Shown: positions 35,298 through 44,869, counted from the stretch's first letter. The stretch is 51,538 nt of DNA from a virus (IMGVR_UViG_3300014613_000006:1-51538), one strand, 5' to 3'. Made by a program: numbers and translations. Notes: generated by a model not told the origin, from the sequence alone.

Positions 35298-35858
35298 CCG
35301 GCGGAACGAACCGGCGAAACTCACAATTTCACAGGAACTCACAGGATTTCACAAAGAAAGAAAAAGAAGCAAAAAGAAAGAAATCCACTACTACTGTATC
35401 GTGTGGTGAGGAGGAAAAACGGGAGGAATAATTGTCGCCGAGGGACACGGATAATTGTCGCTTGACAGTATGGCCAAGGGGGCGGCCTGTGACGCCGCTA
35501 TCCGGCTACTTGAGCACGCTCCGCTGGCTCTACGGGACTGGGCCTGGAGAGGCGAAGACAAGGCGGTCCAGATGTGGTTTCAGCAGGCCGAGGCCCTAAT
35601 CGCCAAGGACATTGTTCTAGGCGCGGTAGAGAGCGCACGGCCGAAAGCACCGCCTCCTGGGTCCAGGCGGGCAACAGGCGGAAAGCGATGACTAATTGCG
35701 ATTCGAGGGTTTCATCCGAGTCCATGAAATGTTCCCCATGTATCGGTAGGCGCGTCTGGCTCTGTATTCTACCAGGAGTTCCACAGAATTCAATGAAAAA
35801 TGGCGCCCACAAGACAACAATAGGGCGAACACCCCATACCGTAAAGGAGAACAGGATA

Positions 35859-36185
35859 ATGAGGGCTCCCATTTATATTGTTGCGGTTGCTCTGTTGGCC
35901 CCCCTGCTGCTGGGCCAGATGTGCGGGATGCCGCTTGTGCCTGAGGCTCAGGCACCGGGCCGGCTCGATGTGACACCGACCCTCAGGGCCGCTTGCGCCG
36001 ATCTCGGGTTAACGAGCGACGGAGAAATTCGGACGGTGATCCTGGGGGCCGAAGCTGATCGTCAGGCCGGGTTGACGTTTTCGGAAGAGATAGACGATGT
36101 GGTCATGGGCTGCCCGGCTTTCCCCGACCCAGCCGCCTGCGCCAAGTGCATGAGTGCCATTGCTGGCCAGGTTTACGGCTACTGA
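35859..36185 (+). CDS. Exported/lipoprotein-like Cys-rich protein (lysogenic conversion or exclusion candidate)
   Basis: AAGGAG RBS; hydrophobic leader ending LLLGQMC; co-oriented with the repressor-position gene. Confidence 0.65.
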   Translation: MRAPIYIVAVALLAPLLLGQMCGMPLVPEAQAPGRLDVTPTLRAACADLGLTSDGEIRTVILGAEADRQAGLTFSEEIDDVVMGCPAFPDPAACAKCMSAIAGQVYGY

Positions 36186-36373
36186 GCCTTCGGCGTGCTC
36201 TTCTTGACCGCGTGCTTGATAGCCACGCCGGTCCAGCCCGCAATGGGAATCATGGCCCACTCGAACTGCTCGGGCGTGATTTGCTCCATCTTGAGCAGTA
36301 TGCTGGCCGTGGCAAACGCAAGCAGGCCAAGCTCAGTCTTCCATCCGTCGATTGCTTTCCAGATCTTGCTCAC
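36179..36373 (-). CDS. Holin-like small membrane protein
   Basis: IDGWKT followed by two short TM helices and a basic tail; last gene of the late operon. Confidence 0.6.
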   Translation of the reverse strand: MSKIWKAIDGWKTELGLLAFATASILLKMEQITPEQFEWAMIPIAGWTGVAIKHAVKKSTPKAQ

Positions 36374-36590
36374 GTGTCACCTCGATAATGGTGTCTGGCT
36401 CCGGGGCTACTGGGCTGTGATGCTCGTACAATACCACCTTCTCGATTACAATGGCCCGCTCGGTGCAGCCACAGACCAACAAGCTGGCCGCGGCGCCAAC
36501 GAGAATCAATATGAACCATGACGCCAGCCGCACCGCCCCGCGTAGCATCTGCACGTAGTCAATCGCCATCATCCAGCGCCTCCAGTACAC
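36333..36590 (-). CDS. Small lipoprotein-like protein
   Basis: TM helix ending LLVCGC. Confidence 0.5.
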   Translation of the reverse strand: MYWRRWMMAIDYVQMLRGAVRLASWFILILVGAAASLLVCGCTERAIVIEKVVLYEHHSPVAPEPDTIIEVTREQDLESNRRMED

Positions 36591-36709
36591 CAGCCCATGA
36601 GTCGAGATAGTCGGCCCGCGCGGGCTTCAGTTCCCGGCACGCATCAGCCAGCCTCCTCAGCCGCTCGATCGAGCCTTCCAGTCCCCAGCCGGGTAAAACC
36701 TTGCCGAAC

Positions 36710-37159
36710 TCACTCGGGGGCGGGCCAACTTGCTGGTTGTTCTCCCTCTGGCTCATCGTCCACCTCGGTGGCGTAAATGCGTGAGAACAGGTCAACCAGG
36801 GCAGCAAACTTCTGCGACTTCGACAAAGCCGCATCGTTGATGATCTCCCAGGCCCTGGCATTGTCGTCTCGTGGGCCAAGTGCACCTTGAGCGCTCACGC
36901 CAAACTGCCCCGCCAACCCATCGTAACGGGCTGTGGCGCGGTACACGATCGCCGCCTCCATGACGATGCCTGGATTCAGGCCCTGGCCCGAGACCTGCAT
37001 CTGCCCCACGCTGCCGTCCGTTAGCCGCAGGGCCGCGTCACCGGCCATGCCGCGCATCAAGTCAAACTCCTTGACGTGCGTGTCGAACAGGCTGCATCCC
37101 CACACGCACCCGCCGAGGATCACCATCACCACCAGTACGATCAGTCGAATCCGTTTCAT
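36710..37159 (-). CDS. Lipoprotein-like protein
   Basis: MKRIRLIVLVVMVILGGC leader (lipobox-like). Confidence 0.65.
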   Translation of the reverse strand: MKRIRLIVLVVMVILGGCVWGCSLFDTHVKEFDLMRGMAGDAALRLTDGSVGQMQVSGQGLNPGIVMEAAIVYRATARYDGLAGQFGVSAQGALGPRDDNARAWEIINDAALSKSQKFAALVDLFSRIYATEVDDEPEGEQPASWPAPE

Positions 37160-37257
37160 GGCCAGACTCCATTCTCAAAATTGAACTCGACGGACCCCGC
37201 GACTATCGCCAAGAAGGTCACCAGTTCCGCCAACCAGTAGAGTATTTGAGAGAGCAT
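37156..37257 (-). CDS. 33-aa transmembrane peptide (not in the ORF track)
   Basis: MLSQILYWLAELVTFLAIVAGSVEFNFENGVWP; GGAG RBS; ATGA-coupled to the next gene. Confidence 0.55.
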   Translation of the reverse strand: MLSQILYWLAELVTFLAIVAGSVEFNFENGVWP

Positions 37258-37258
37258 G

Positions 37259-37573
37259 TCATTTCTCCGTGATCCACTTCCACATGTTCTGAACGTGCAA
37301 AGCGACCAGCGTGGCGATCAGGCCAACAGCCGAAAGCACCGTACCAGCAATGATTCGATCGCTTCGCTGCCTCAGTCGTCGGCGATCGTCCGCTCGGCCG
37401 CGGCATTCCTTCTCGATGAGCGCGACCCGCGTGCAAAGCCCTGAACGCTCCCCCTCACCCTTTAGTGTATGCAGAACCTCAAGCGAAGTGCCCTTCATCT
37501 CGGCGATGTCTGCGCAGACGCCCTCTAGCTTCACGCCCAGCTCCGCAACCAGGACCGCCAGTTGTTCACTCAT
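37259..37573 (-). CDS. Coiled-coil protein with C-terminal TM helix (holin-accessory-like)
   Basis: TAATG-coupled start MSEQL; LKGEGERSGLCTRVALIE followed by a TM helix. Confidence 0.65.
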   Translation of the reverse strand: MSEQLAVLVAELGVKLEGVCADIAEMKGTSLEVLHTLKGEGERSGLCTRVALIEKECRGRADDRRRLRQRSDRIIAGTVLSAVGLIATLVALHVQNMWKWITEK

Positions 37574-39735
37574 TACCACGGCCTCAACCAGTAGACCGGC
37601 GACGTTTCGCGCCGCTGCACCGCCCCGATGTCCATGTACTCCACGCTCGACGCCCCGCGGGCCGGTGAGCCGAAATGGATGCGCCAATCGTCAGCGTCCG
37701 CGTCGCCGGTCACGCTACGGAACCTTGGATCGCCCTCGATACTGTTGGCGTCGTTCGTTTCACCAATGGTGCCCGCTTCGTAGGTGCCCCACTTGGTCCG
37801 AAGAGCTGACAGGGTCGTATATGACGTATTATCAAGATAAGCGGCGTCCGCCCCTGTCCCTGGTGTGTAGAACAGGTTGTAGCCAGATCGGATTCGATAG
37901 GCCACCCCGTCTGCGTCGTACAGGCACGCTACATTTGTCCCTTGTGCCTCAAAGATGTTGTCCGTGATGACGTTGCCAAACGGCACTCGATCATCGCCGG
38001 GCGTGTTGTACGACCAGCCGATGCACCACACGCCCGAGGTTGTCCCCACGAAGCTGTTGTGCTGCACTTGACAGTCCTTCGCTCCAGACAGGTACAGGCA
38101 CCGCACGCCGTAGAACATGTTGTGATGGATGTTCATATGGCGGCCCTTGGCGACCAGGCCGTATATCTGATTCCCCGTATTCGTGTCGTAGAAGCGGTTG
38201 CCCACGATCTCTGCACTGGTGACACCTCCCCCAAAAAGCGTCAGGTGCTTGTCATGCGAATCGTCGCACGTCTCTCCACTGAACTTGTTGTCTTTCACGA
38301 CAATCCGGCCGATGGCGTTGGTGTCAGTGGGGACATCCACCCCAAATGACACCAGTGTGTACAGGTTGTCTCCATCCCCCTTTCGGGCAATCGTATTGCC
38401 TTCGATCCAGAAAGACACCCACTTGCCACTACCGTCTCCTGGGGCGACCCCGTCCGTATCGTCCCAGGGATTATTGGGGGCCACCTGTATAAACCCCGAC
38501 ACCACCCCGGTGTTGTCCTTTACGATCACGTGCCCCTGCCCGGTCCAGTTGGCGTCCACCAACACGAATCGCCCGTCTAAATCGTCAAGGCCCGTGTTGT
38601 CGTGGATGTTTGCGGTAGTGATTTCCTGTTCCAGCCATACTCCGACCCCTTCTCCAGTGAAACTACAGTCCGTCACCTCCAGCGTGTCCAAGCGGCGGAC
38701 TGTGATATACCCGTGGTCGGGATCAATCCCACCGGCGAACGTGCATCCATCAACAGTCAAACTGCCAGTGCTGAGGGCGGAATTCAGCACGCGAAGGGTT
38801 TGAAATGAATCAGCACCATCTGCGTCGAACGTGCAATCGGTGAACGTGGCAGCTAGGGTGTTGTTCTGGACATAACAGGCCCGGACATTTCCTGCTCGCC
38901 GCAGGTGGATGCTCTGCATAGTAAAGGCGGTTGTTCCTGCCGCCCCAAATAGATACTCGGCCGAAAGCGACACCGCCGCCTCATCCGCCGCAGCCGAAGC
39001 GTTCCCCACTACAACACAGATCGTTGGGGACGTGACTGAAAGCATTGTGTACGGGGAGCCGACTCCGCCAGTGATCGCAACGTCACATCCAATCTGTTTT
39101 TCGTCGAAAATCGCATCGTCCACTGTGACCGTAGAGTTCGCCCCACCAAAGACGGGAGCACCATCACAGGTACTTGTCTGGTCTAATCCTTTCCAGATCG
39201 GATCAGCACCGGCACCTGTAGGGTCATATTTCCTAATCGCGAACGTCGGCAGGTTGCAGAAGACGAACGCCTCTTGGAACGTGTCGCCGGCTGCCAGCCA
39301 GATGGTGTCGCCTGATGCCGCCTCCGCTTCCGCCGCGGCGATGGTCAACTTGGGGCCGTCGCTGCCGTAGATGTTATCCTGTCCCGAGGTGATCCCTGGG
39401 CCTTCCACGGGCGTGGGGTTCACCTGGATGTTGTTCTGGTCCGTGTACGCCGTGACCGTGTACCAACCATATTCTGCCGGCGTGCTGTTGTCCTTCAGGT
39501 AAATAAGGTTGCCCGCACTGTATCCCGCCAGGTAGCCATTCGAGGGAGTATCGACGACGTAGCCCACGCCGGCTGTTACGGTGTATGTACCGTCCTGGAG
39601 TCCACTCCCGACCATATCGAGGCCGTCATTGGCGTCACTGCCATCGTCGGCCGCGAACCAGTAATCGGCGCCCGCCGACGCACAGAGCATCAACACGAGC
39701 AGCAGGCCCAAGACCCATTTTGCACATCGAGCCAT
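37573..39735 (-). CDS. Signal-peptide-bearing right-handed beta-helix (pectin-lyase-fold-like) protein
   Basis: Leader MARCAKWVLGLLLVLMLCASAGA; DDGSDANDG and GPKLTIAAA..AASGDTI cap motifs; Asn-ladder repeats; C-terminal GDPRF..SPA..DIGA. Confidence 0.8.
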   Translation of the reverse strand: MARCAKWVLGLLLVLMLCASAGADYWFAADDGSDANDGLDMVGSGLQDGTYTVTAGVGYVVDTPSNGYLAGYSAGNLIYLKDNSTPAEYGWYTVTAYTDQNNIQVNPTPVEGPGITSGQDNIYGSDGPKLTIAAAEAEAASGDTIWLAAGDTFQEAFVFCNLPTFAIRKYDPTGAGADPIWKGLDQTSTCDGAPVFGGANSTVTVDDAIFDEKQIGCDVAITGGVGSPYTMLSVTSPTICVVVGNASAAADEAAVSLSAEYLFGAAGTTAFTMQSIHLRRAGNVRACYVQNNTLAATFTDCTFDADGADSFQTLRVLNSALSTGSLTVDGCTFAGGIDPDHGYITVRRLDTLEVTDCSFTGEGVGVWLEQEITTANIHDNTGLDDLDGRFVLVDANWTGQGHVIVKDNTGVVSGFIQVAPNNPWDDTDGVAPGDGSGKWVSFWIEGNTIARKGDGDNLYTLVSFGVDVPTDTNAIGRIVVKDNKFSGETCDDSHDKHLTLFGGGVTSAEIVGNRFYDTNTGNQIYGLVAKGRHMNIHHNMFYGVRCLYLSGAKDCQVQHNSFVGTTSGVWCIGWSYNTPGDDRVPFGNVITDNIFEAQGTNVACLYDADGVAYRIRSGYNLFYTPGTGADAAYLDNTSYTTLSALRTKWGTYEAGTIGETNDANSIEGDPRFRSVTGDADADDWRIHFGSPARGASSVEYMDIGAVQRRETSPVYWLRPW

Positions 39736-39747
39736 CGCAGAGTCTCC

Positions 39748-40080
39748 TTACGCGCGCCGGTAGAGCCACACGTAGAACGTATGGCTGGCCCCAGCCCCGC
39801 ACACGTACAGCCGCCGCAGCGACTCGCGGGGCATCTCAAACGGATGAATGGTCGGGTAGGGCAACATGCCCATCGCCGCATAGTTTGCAGGCGCATCGCC
39901 GGCGTCGGTGGACGGCGCCAACGCAATCCCCAACGGATCCGCTTCCAGGTTCTGGATGTGGATCGCGATCGTGCTGTTCGGAATGTCCTCATCATCCAGC
40001 AAGGTATCCAGCAGTACCGGCGAGCCGTCCACGCTGCACTTCTCGCTGTGATCACCATGAACGAAATTGCGTCTATCCAT
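39748..40080 (-). CDS. Hypothetical small protein (structural candidate)
   Basis: Packed in the late operon; beta-rich. Confidence 0.55.
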   Translation of the reverse strand: MDRRNFVHGDHSEKCSVDGSPVLLDTLLDDEDIPNSTIAIHIQNLEADPLGIALAPSTDAGDAPANYAAMGMLPYPTIHPFEMPRESLRRLYVCGAGASHTFYVWLYRRA

Positions 40081-40369
40081 TGGACTGCTCCGTCACAAAA
40101 GGCTCGGCCGGCTTCAGGTCAACGAGTCGGCCCTCACTGTCCAGCTCTGGTACGAGAAACTCATATTTCGGCGTCACGTTTCCCTGCTCATCCTGCTCTA
40201 CAAAGCGCGACCCGTTCACCGCCCGGTCGATGCCACGGTGGGCCTTCAGGCCCGGGGGCACCATGATCCTCAGCCGGTCGCCCGAGACCCTCACGATCTC
40301 GACAAACCCCATCGGCGTCTCGATGACAACCGGCCGCTTGCGATGCACCGTCAGAACTTGCTGGGTCAT
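40073..40369 (-). CDS. CsrA/RsmA-like RNA-binding protein
   Basis: ATGA-coupled start; QVLTVHRKRPVVI....VEIVRVSGDRLRIMVPPGLKAHR aligns by eye with CsrA (LILTRR...V.V..V.G.QVRIG..AP....VHR). Confidence 0.65.
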   Translation of the reverse strand: MTQQVLTVHRKRPVVIETPMGFVEIVRVSGDRLRIMVPPGLKAHRGIDRAVNGSRFVEQDEQGNVTPKYEFLVPELDSEGRLVDLKPAEPFVTEQSNG

Positions 40370-43314
40370 GCAGCCAATCCTCCTGGTAGTGCCGGGGGCA
40401 TGATCAGGTCCGGGTCCGCTTCGTAGATGTCGCTCTCCAGGTATCCGCCCGCTGCGCCGGCCGTCTGCAACATCCGCTGCAAGAGCGGCATCCTCGCTGA
40501 GTCCTGGTAGCGCTTGGCGTCGCGGTGCGTGATGTTCAGGGCGGGCCAATCCGGGAACGCCTTCTGCCACTGCGATTCGAGCTGGGTCATCGCCTTGGTG
40601 TCGTACTGCGACCACGCCGCGGCGTAGGCCCGTCGGAACTTCCGAACCCTCCCACGAATGTTGTAGACGCGGTCGATGTAGTGCCGGGTCCGCCGCTGCT
40701 TCTCGGTGGGCAGACCGATCGCTGCCAGGACCATGTCCGTGCTGTTGCCCCGGTACATGAGCCGTTCGTTCTCATCGACGAACCCACCCATATCGGGCTC
40801 GAATTGCTGGACTGCCTTGAAGAGTCGATTGAGGCCGATGCCAGCGGGGAACAACGAGCGGGGGATCGGCACCTGGCCAACCACCGGCAGGTGCATCGGC
40901 TGAAACTCCTTGATGTCGCGGTTTGCCGCTGCCGACACCAGCCCGACCGCCAGCCCAGCCATCGGCGGCACGGGGATAGGTGCCAGCCATTCGCCCTGTG
41001 AGGTAAACGTGAAGGGGGCCGTCGGCCCCAGCATTCGCCCGAGGTCCAGCCCCAGAATGTCCGCCGCCCCCTTCTGGGCGACGCGGCCGTAGAGCACCAT
41101 CCTCGCCAGTGCCCCCAGGTTCCGCCCGCCGGTCACTTTCGCCAGGAGCCCCGCGGTTTCGAGTTGTTTGTCGGTCATCGCCCCCCGGACGGTGGATTCC
41201 ATCATGAACGACGCCGCTCGGATAGGGAACGACGTGAACATCCGCAGGGGGGCCGGGAGCAGCGACTGGAGCAGCGTCTGCCCGCCGGGGCCGGGGCGGA
41301 ACTGTGTCGCGTTGACGATCTGCCCGGCCTCGAAGTTCAGCCACTCGTCGAGTGCCGGCCCGACCAGCCGCTTGCCCGCCACGTCAACCGGCGCCTCCAT
41401 CTCACCCATGCGGATGGCCTGTTTCAGCCGTGGCCGGGCGCCATAGAACGCCCCCGCCTGGTTGGCCATCTCGCCGTGGGTGAACGGTTGCAGAAGAAAC
41501 CGGACAAAGTCGTCGTAGCTCTTGAACGCCCGACCCATTCGCGGGCTTATCGCAGTCGATCCGGGGGCCATCTCGAACAGTCGCGGATCCAGAGCCAGGC
41601 CCGCCTTGGCCAGCTCGGGGAAGGTGCTGTTGAATGCCCGCTGCGCCGACTCGTTCATGCGTGAGAACAGCCGCTCCGGCGCCGTGAGCCGGCCCATCGG
41701 CATACTCGCCTTGAGTGCCCGCCACTCGGCCATAAGAGCCCGGCTGTACTGCGGCACACGTTTGGCCACCTCCAGTGAGCCTCGCAGGGCGGGGCCGAGG
41801 CCGATAGCCGGAGCTGTGGTCAGGATCGGCTGGCCGAACTGCTGGATGGTGCTCCAGGGGTTCAAGCCCAGTGTCGAGCCGTAGAAGTGGCTGACCAGCA
41901 TGTTGGACACGGCCCCGTGCCTCTCCTGCCGTTCCATCTTCCGCAGGTAGGCGTCAACCCCGACCTTCTCCTTGTAGCCGGCCGCATGGGCGGCCTGATC
42001 GAACTTCCTGCCCACCGCATCGAACAGGCCGCCGAGCATGAAGTGCCCGACGTCGTTCTGGCCCATCATGTTCTTGGTCAGCCGTTGGAGAGCGGCCAGG
42101 GCCAGGGGGTTCTCGCTGCCCGGCGCCATGCGGCGGATCACCCGGTTCGTTCCAGCGATCGGCTGCTCGATGAACCGAGCGCCCAGGTTCCGCATCCCCT
42201 CGTTGATGGTCTGCACGATCAGCGGGTCGTCGGTGGGCACCACCGGGGGGCCGTCTGGCCGGTACACCGTACACAGGGCACGCTCCTGGGGCGTCAGGGG
42301 GGCATTCAGGGCGTAGGTCCGGGCCGCTGACGAGACGTACCGTTGCAGGACCACGTTGAGGTCGGTGACGAACAGCTCCTGTCCCTGTTGGCTATCCAGC
42401 GGAATCCCGTGCCGAATCCGCTTGAACAGGTGTGGGTTGTAGACCTGCCCCTGCGTGTCGTTCAACAGTCGCTGATAGCGGCCGAAGTTGCTGCTCAGCC
42501 GCTGGGCCTGATCCGTCGTCCAGACCTGCTTCGGGCTGGTCTTCGTCGCCTGAAACACCTGATACGTCCGATCCATCCCCAGCCGGCGCAGGGCCTCGGC
42601 CGGGTCCATCTCGATCGTGCTGGCCTTGCCGGTCAACGGAATGTGCGGCAGGTAGTCGCGCAGGTACTTGGGGGCCTCGCCCTGGGCAAACGGTTCGGCC
42701 CAGGCTTCGGTGATCTCGTCGCCCTTGAACCCGCCCTTGACCTTCCGCGTGTTGCGCAGAAGCCCCCACATATCGTCCACGTGCTTTCGGAGATTGCGGG
42801 CCACCCGCTTGAGCTCCGGCGTGGCCCCGGCGGGCCGCTGGCCCTCCATGATCAAACTGACGATCGGCATCTCCTCCGACCATTTCGGTCGGCGCATGAC
42901 GTCGAACATCCTGGACCCGATCTTCCGCACCTGCTCCTCGCGGTGCAGTTGCAGGGCGGTCAGCTTGGGCACCATCGTGCCCCGCTGCCACGTCTCGACC
43001 GGCCGGATGGCCGCGCTGACGCCGCCGAACTCGTTGGCTGCTCCCACGAATCGGTGAGGGATTCGCCCGGTCATCCAGGAGATCGTCGGGTACATGCGAT
43101 CGAACAGGAACGACACCCAGACGACGGGATCGCTGACCACGTCCACGGCGAACTTCAGCAGGGGGTTCTTGAACCCCAGCTTCTCGGCCACCGTCCGCTC
43201 CTGGTCGGGCGTGATAGTGTCCGGGTCGGTCAGCACCTTGGCCGTCAGGTCGATGTCGCCGGAAGTGACAGACCTCATAAGCAGGTCGAGCTGTTCGGAC
43301 ACAGCAGTGGGCAT
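40366..43314 (-). CDS. Large internal virion / DNA-ejection protein
   Basis: 982 aa, helical, last and largest of the post-tail cluster, as for podovirus ejection proteins. Confidence 0.6.
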   Translation of the reverse strand: MPTAVSEQLDLLMRSVTSGDIDLTAKVLTDPDTITPDQERTVAEKLGFKNPLLKFAVDVVSDPVVWVSFLFDRMYPTISWMTGRIPHRFVGAANEFGGVSAAIRPVETWQRGTMVPKLTALQLHREEQVRKIGSRMFDVMRRPKWSEEMPIVSLIMEGQRPAGATPELKRVARNLRKHVDDMWGLLRNTRKVKGGFKGDEITEAWAEPFAQGEAPKYLRDYLPHIPLTGKASTIEMDPAEALRRLGMDRTYQVFQATKTSPKQVWTTDQAQRLSSNFGRYQRLLNDTQGQVYNPHLFKRIRHGIPLDSQQGQELFVTDLNVVLQRYVSSAARTYALNAPLTPQERALCTVYRPDGPPVVPTDDPLIVQTINEGMRNLGARFIEQPIAGTNRVIRRMAPGSENPLALAALQRLTKNMMGQNDVGHFMLGGLFDAVGRKFDQAAHAAGYKEKVGVDAYLRKMERQERHGAVSNMLVSHFYGSTLGLNPWSTIQQFGQPILTTAPAIGLGPALRGSLEVAKRVPQYSRALMAEWRALKASMPMGRLTAPERLFSRMNESAQRAFNSTFPELAKAGLALDPRLFEMAPGSTAISPRMGRAFKSYDDFVRFLLQPFTHGEMANQAGAFYGARPRLKQAIRMGEMEAPVDVAGKRLVGPALDEWLNFEAGQIVNATQFRPGPGGQTLLQSLLPAPLRMFTSFPIRAASFMMESTVRGAMTDKQLETAGLLAKVTGGRNLGALARMVLYGRVAQKGAADILGLDLGRMLGPTAPFTFTSQGEWLAPIPVPPMAGLAVGLVSAAANRDIKEFQPMHLPVVGQVPIPRSLFPAGIGLNRLFKAVQQFEPDMGGFVDENERLMYRGNSTDMVLAAIGLPTEKQRRTRHYIDRVYNIRGRVRKFRRAYAAAWSQYDTKAMTQLESQWQKAFPDWPALNITHRDAKRYQDSARMPLLQRMLQTAGAAGGYLESDIYEADPDLIMPPALPGGLAA

Positions 43315-44159
43315 CAGATGATTCCGGCCGCGGCTTGCGGCTGAGTCGCCGTCATCTCGCGGAGCTGTTTGACGATGGCCATGGTCCTCGACAGGTTCAT
43401 CAGGTCACGGCCCTGGCGTCGCTGATCCTCGGCTGGATCGGCCTGGCCGCCCTGGAGTCGCTGCAACATGAGCATCTGCATCTCGGGGGGCACTTCCTGC
43501 TTCTTGTCGCCGAACAGCTTGCTCAGCAGCATGGTCCCGGCGATGGCCGCACCCGCGCCGAGGCCGAGTTTCTTCATACCGCCCAGCTTTTTGGCCGCTT
43601 GTGCTTCAGCGGCCTTCGCCAGCTTCGCCTCTTCGGCTGCGCCTTTCAGCCGGCTGGCCAGGATGTCTTTGGCGCTGGCCCCCTCGGACATGCCGACCGA
43701 CACGTCGGCAGCGCTGGGCATGTACGACTCGACACCCTTGGCCTTCCAGTCGGGCAGGGCATCGGAGATGGCCTTGCTTGCCGCTTTCTGTCCGCGATCG
43801 CCGAGCACACGCCGCAACTCGCTGGCCATCACCTTGCCGCCCACCAGGCTGAACGCCTTGCCCTCCAGCGTCTGGGCGGTCTGTTCGGCGCGAGCCGTTA
43901 GTGCCGACTCGTTCCTGACCGCGTTCTCGTAGAGCGTCTTGGCGTACTCAAGGGCGGCGATCCTCGGCCCCCGCTGTTCGGCCTTGCCGGCCAGGAGCAT
44001 GTTGCGAAGCGACGCCAGGATGGAGTCGATGCCGCCGGCCTCAGTTGCAGCAGCGGCCGCAGCAGGCGCAGCAGAGGGGGCCGGCGAAGGCGACGCCTTT
44101 GCTGGCCCCGTCGGCCAGTCGAGGTTTTTTACGATGCGTTGAAGTTCTTCAGGTGTCAC
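43314..44159 (-). CDS. Putative DNA-ejection protein
   Basis: Ala-rich with a Gly/Ala hydrophobic stretch. Confidence 0.5.
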   Translation of the reverse strand: MTPEELQRIVKNLDWPTGPAKASPSPAPSAAPAAAAAATEAGGIDSILASLRNMLLAGKAEQRGPRIAALEYAKTLYENAVRNESALTARAEQTAQTLEGKAFSLVGGKVMASELRRVLGDRGQKAASKAISDALPDWKAKGVESYMPSAADVSVGMSEGASAKDILASRLKGAAEEAKLAKAAEAQAAKKLGGMKKLGLGAGAAIAGTMLLSKLFGDKKQEVPPEMQMLMLQRLQGGQADPAEDQRRQGRDLMNLSRTMAIVKQLREMTATQPQAAAGII

Positions 44160-44170
44160 CGTCTCGTCTC

Positions 44171-44869
44171 CTACACTTGCGAGTTACCGAAGAGCCCGGC
44201 AAGCCACGGGTCAAGATTCCGCCAGTTGGCGATCGTCGGCTTGGCGTCGCCCGGCAACCCGCTCCAGTCGCCGAACATGATGGCCAGCAAGTCCATCATC
44301 TCCTCCGGGAGCCCGTTAATTCCAGGCAGCGACTGTGCGTCCAGGCCGTTGGCCGCCATCGGCTCTGGCGTCGGCTCCGCTGCCACCGGTGCGTTGGGGT
44401 TCACCCACGGCGTGGCCAGCTTCTCGGCGTTCAGCGCCGTGGTATCCACCACTCCCTGATCAGCCGCCGTCGGCCCGTTGTACCAGTAGTAGCCGTCGGG
44501 CAATTGAATATCCCATTCGTCCAACGGCACGTCGGCCTTGTTGAAAGCCCGGCCTAACGAGTCATCCACACCTGGAGCAAAGATGTCGTAAGCCGCGTAG
44601 CCCTCGGCAACGCCTTCTGTGACCGGCCTCAGCTCGACATTCGTCAGCGGCTTGTCGGGCGTGCCATAGATCGTCTCGGGCGGCTGGTAGGGTGGCAGGT
44701 TCTTCGGCGAGTACGAAACCGGGAACGGGCCGTACTCCTGCTGCTCCGCCGGCGTTTCTTGCTGGTTCTGCGCCGCGGCGGCGAAAGGTGCCAGCGCCGT
44801 CAGTTGGCCCGCCGCTCGCATGGACGGTGGCTGAAACAGCGAACCGAAGAAATCACCAAAGGGGTTCAT
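44171..44869 (-). CDS. Putative virion protein
   Basis: GGAGG RBS; acidic and Pro-rich. Confidence 0.5.
   Translation of the reverse strand: MNPFGDFFGSLFQPPSMRAAGQLTALAPFAAAAQNQQETPAEQQEYGPFPVSYSPKNLPPYQPPETIYGTPDKPLTNVELRPVTEGVAEGYAAYDIFAPGVDDSLGRAFNKADVPLDEWDIQLPDGYYWYNGPTAADQGVVDTTALNAEKLATPWVNPNAPVAAEPTPEPMAANGLDAQSLPGINGLPEEMMDLLAIMFGDWSGLPGDAKPTIANWRNLDPWLAGLFGNSQV

Larger units (their letters stand above)
32925..35467 (+). mobile_element. IS21-family insertion sequence (2543 bp)
   Basis: Ends TGTTGGGCGACAATTA / TAATTGTCGCTTGACA, two CGACAATTA repeats at each end, GTATGG duplicated at 32919-32924 and 35468-35473, istA-istB inside. Confidence 0.97.
32843..35691 (+). pseudogene. Repressor-position ribbon-helix-helix gene (99 aa) split by IS21
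   Basis: Removing the IS and one target copy joins MAKKKLGGEVLEERADHFARWCEKVGM (32843-32923) in frame to AKGAACDAAIRLL...GGKR* (to 35691). Confidence 0.8.
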
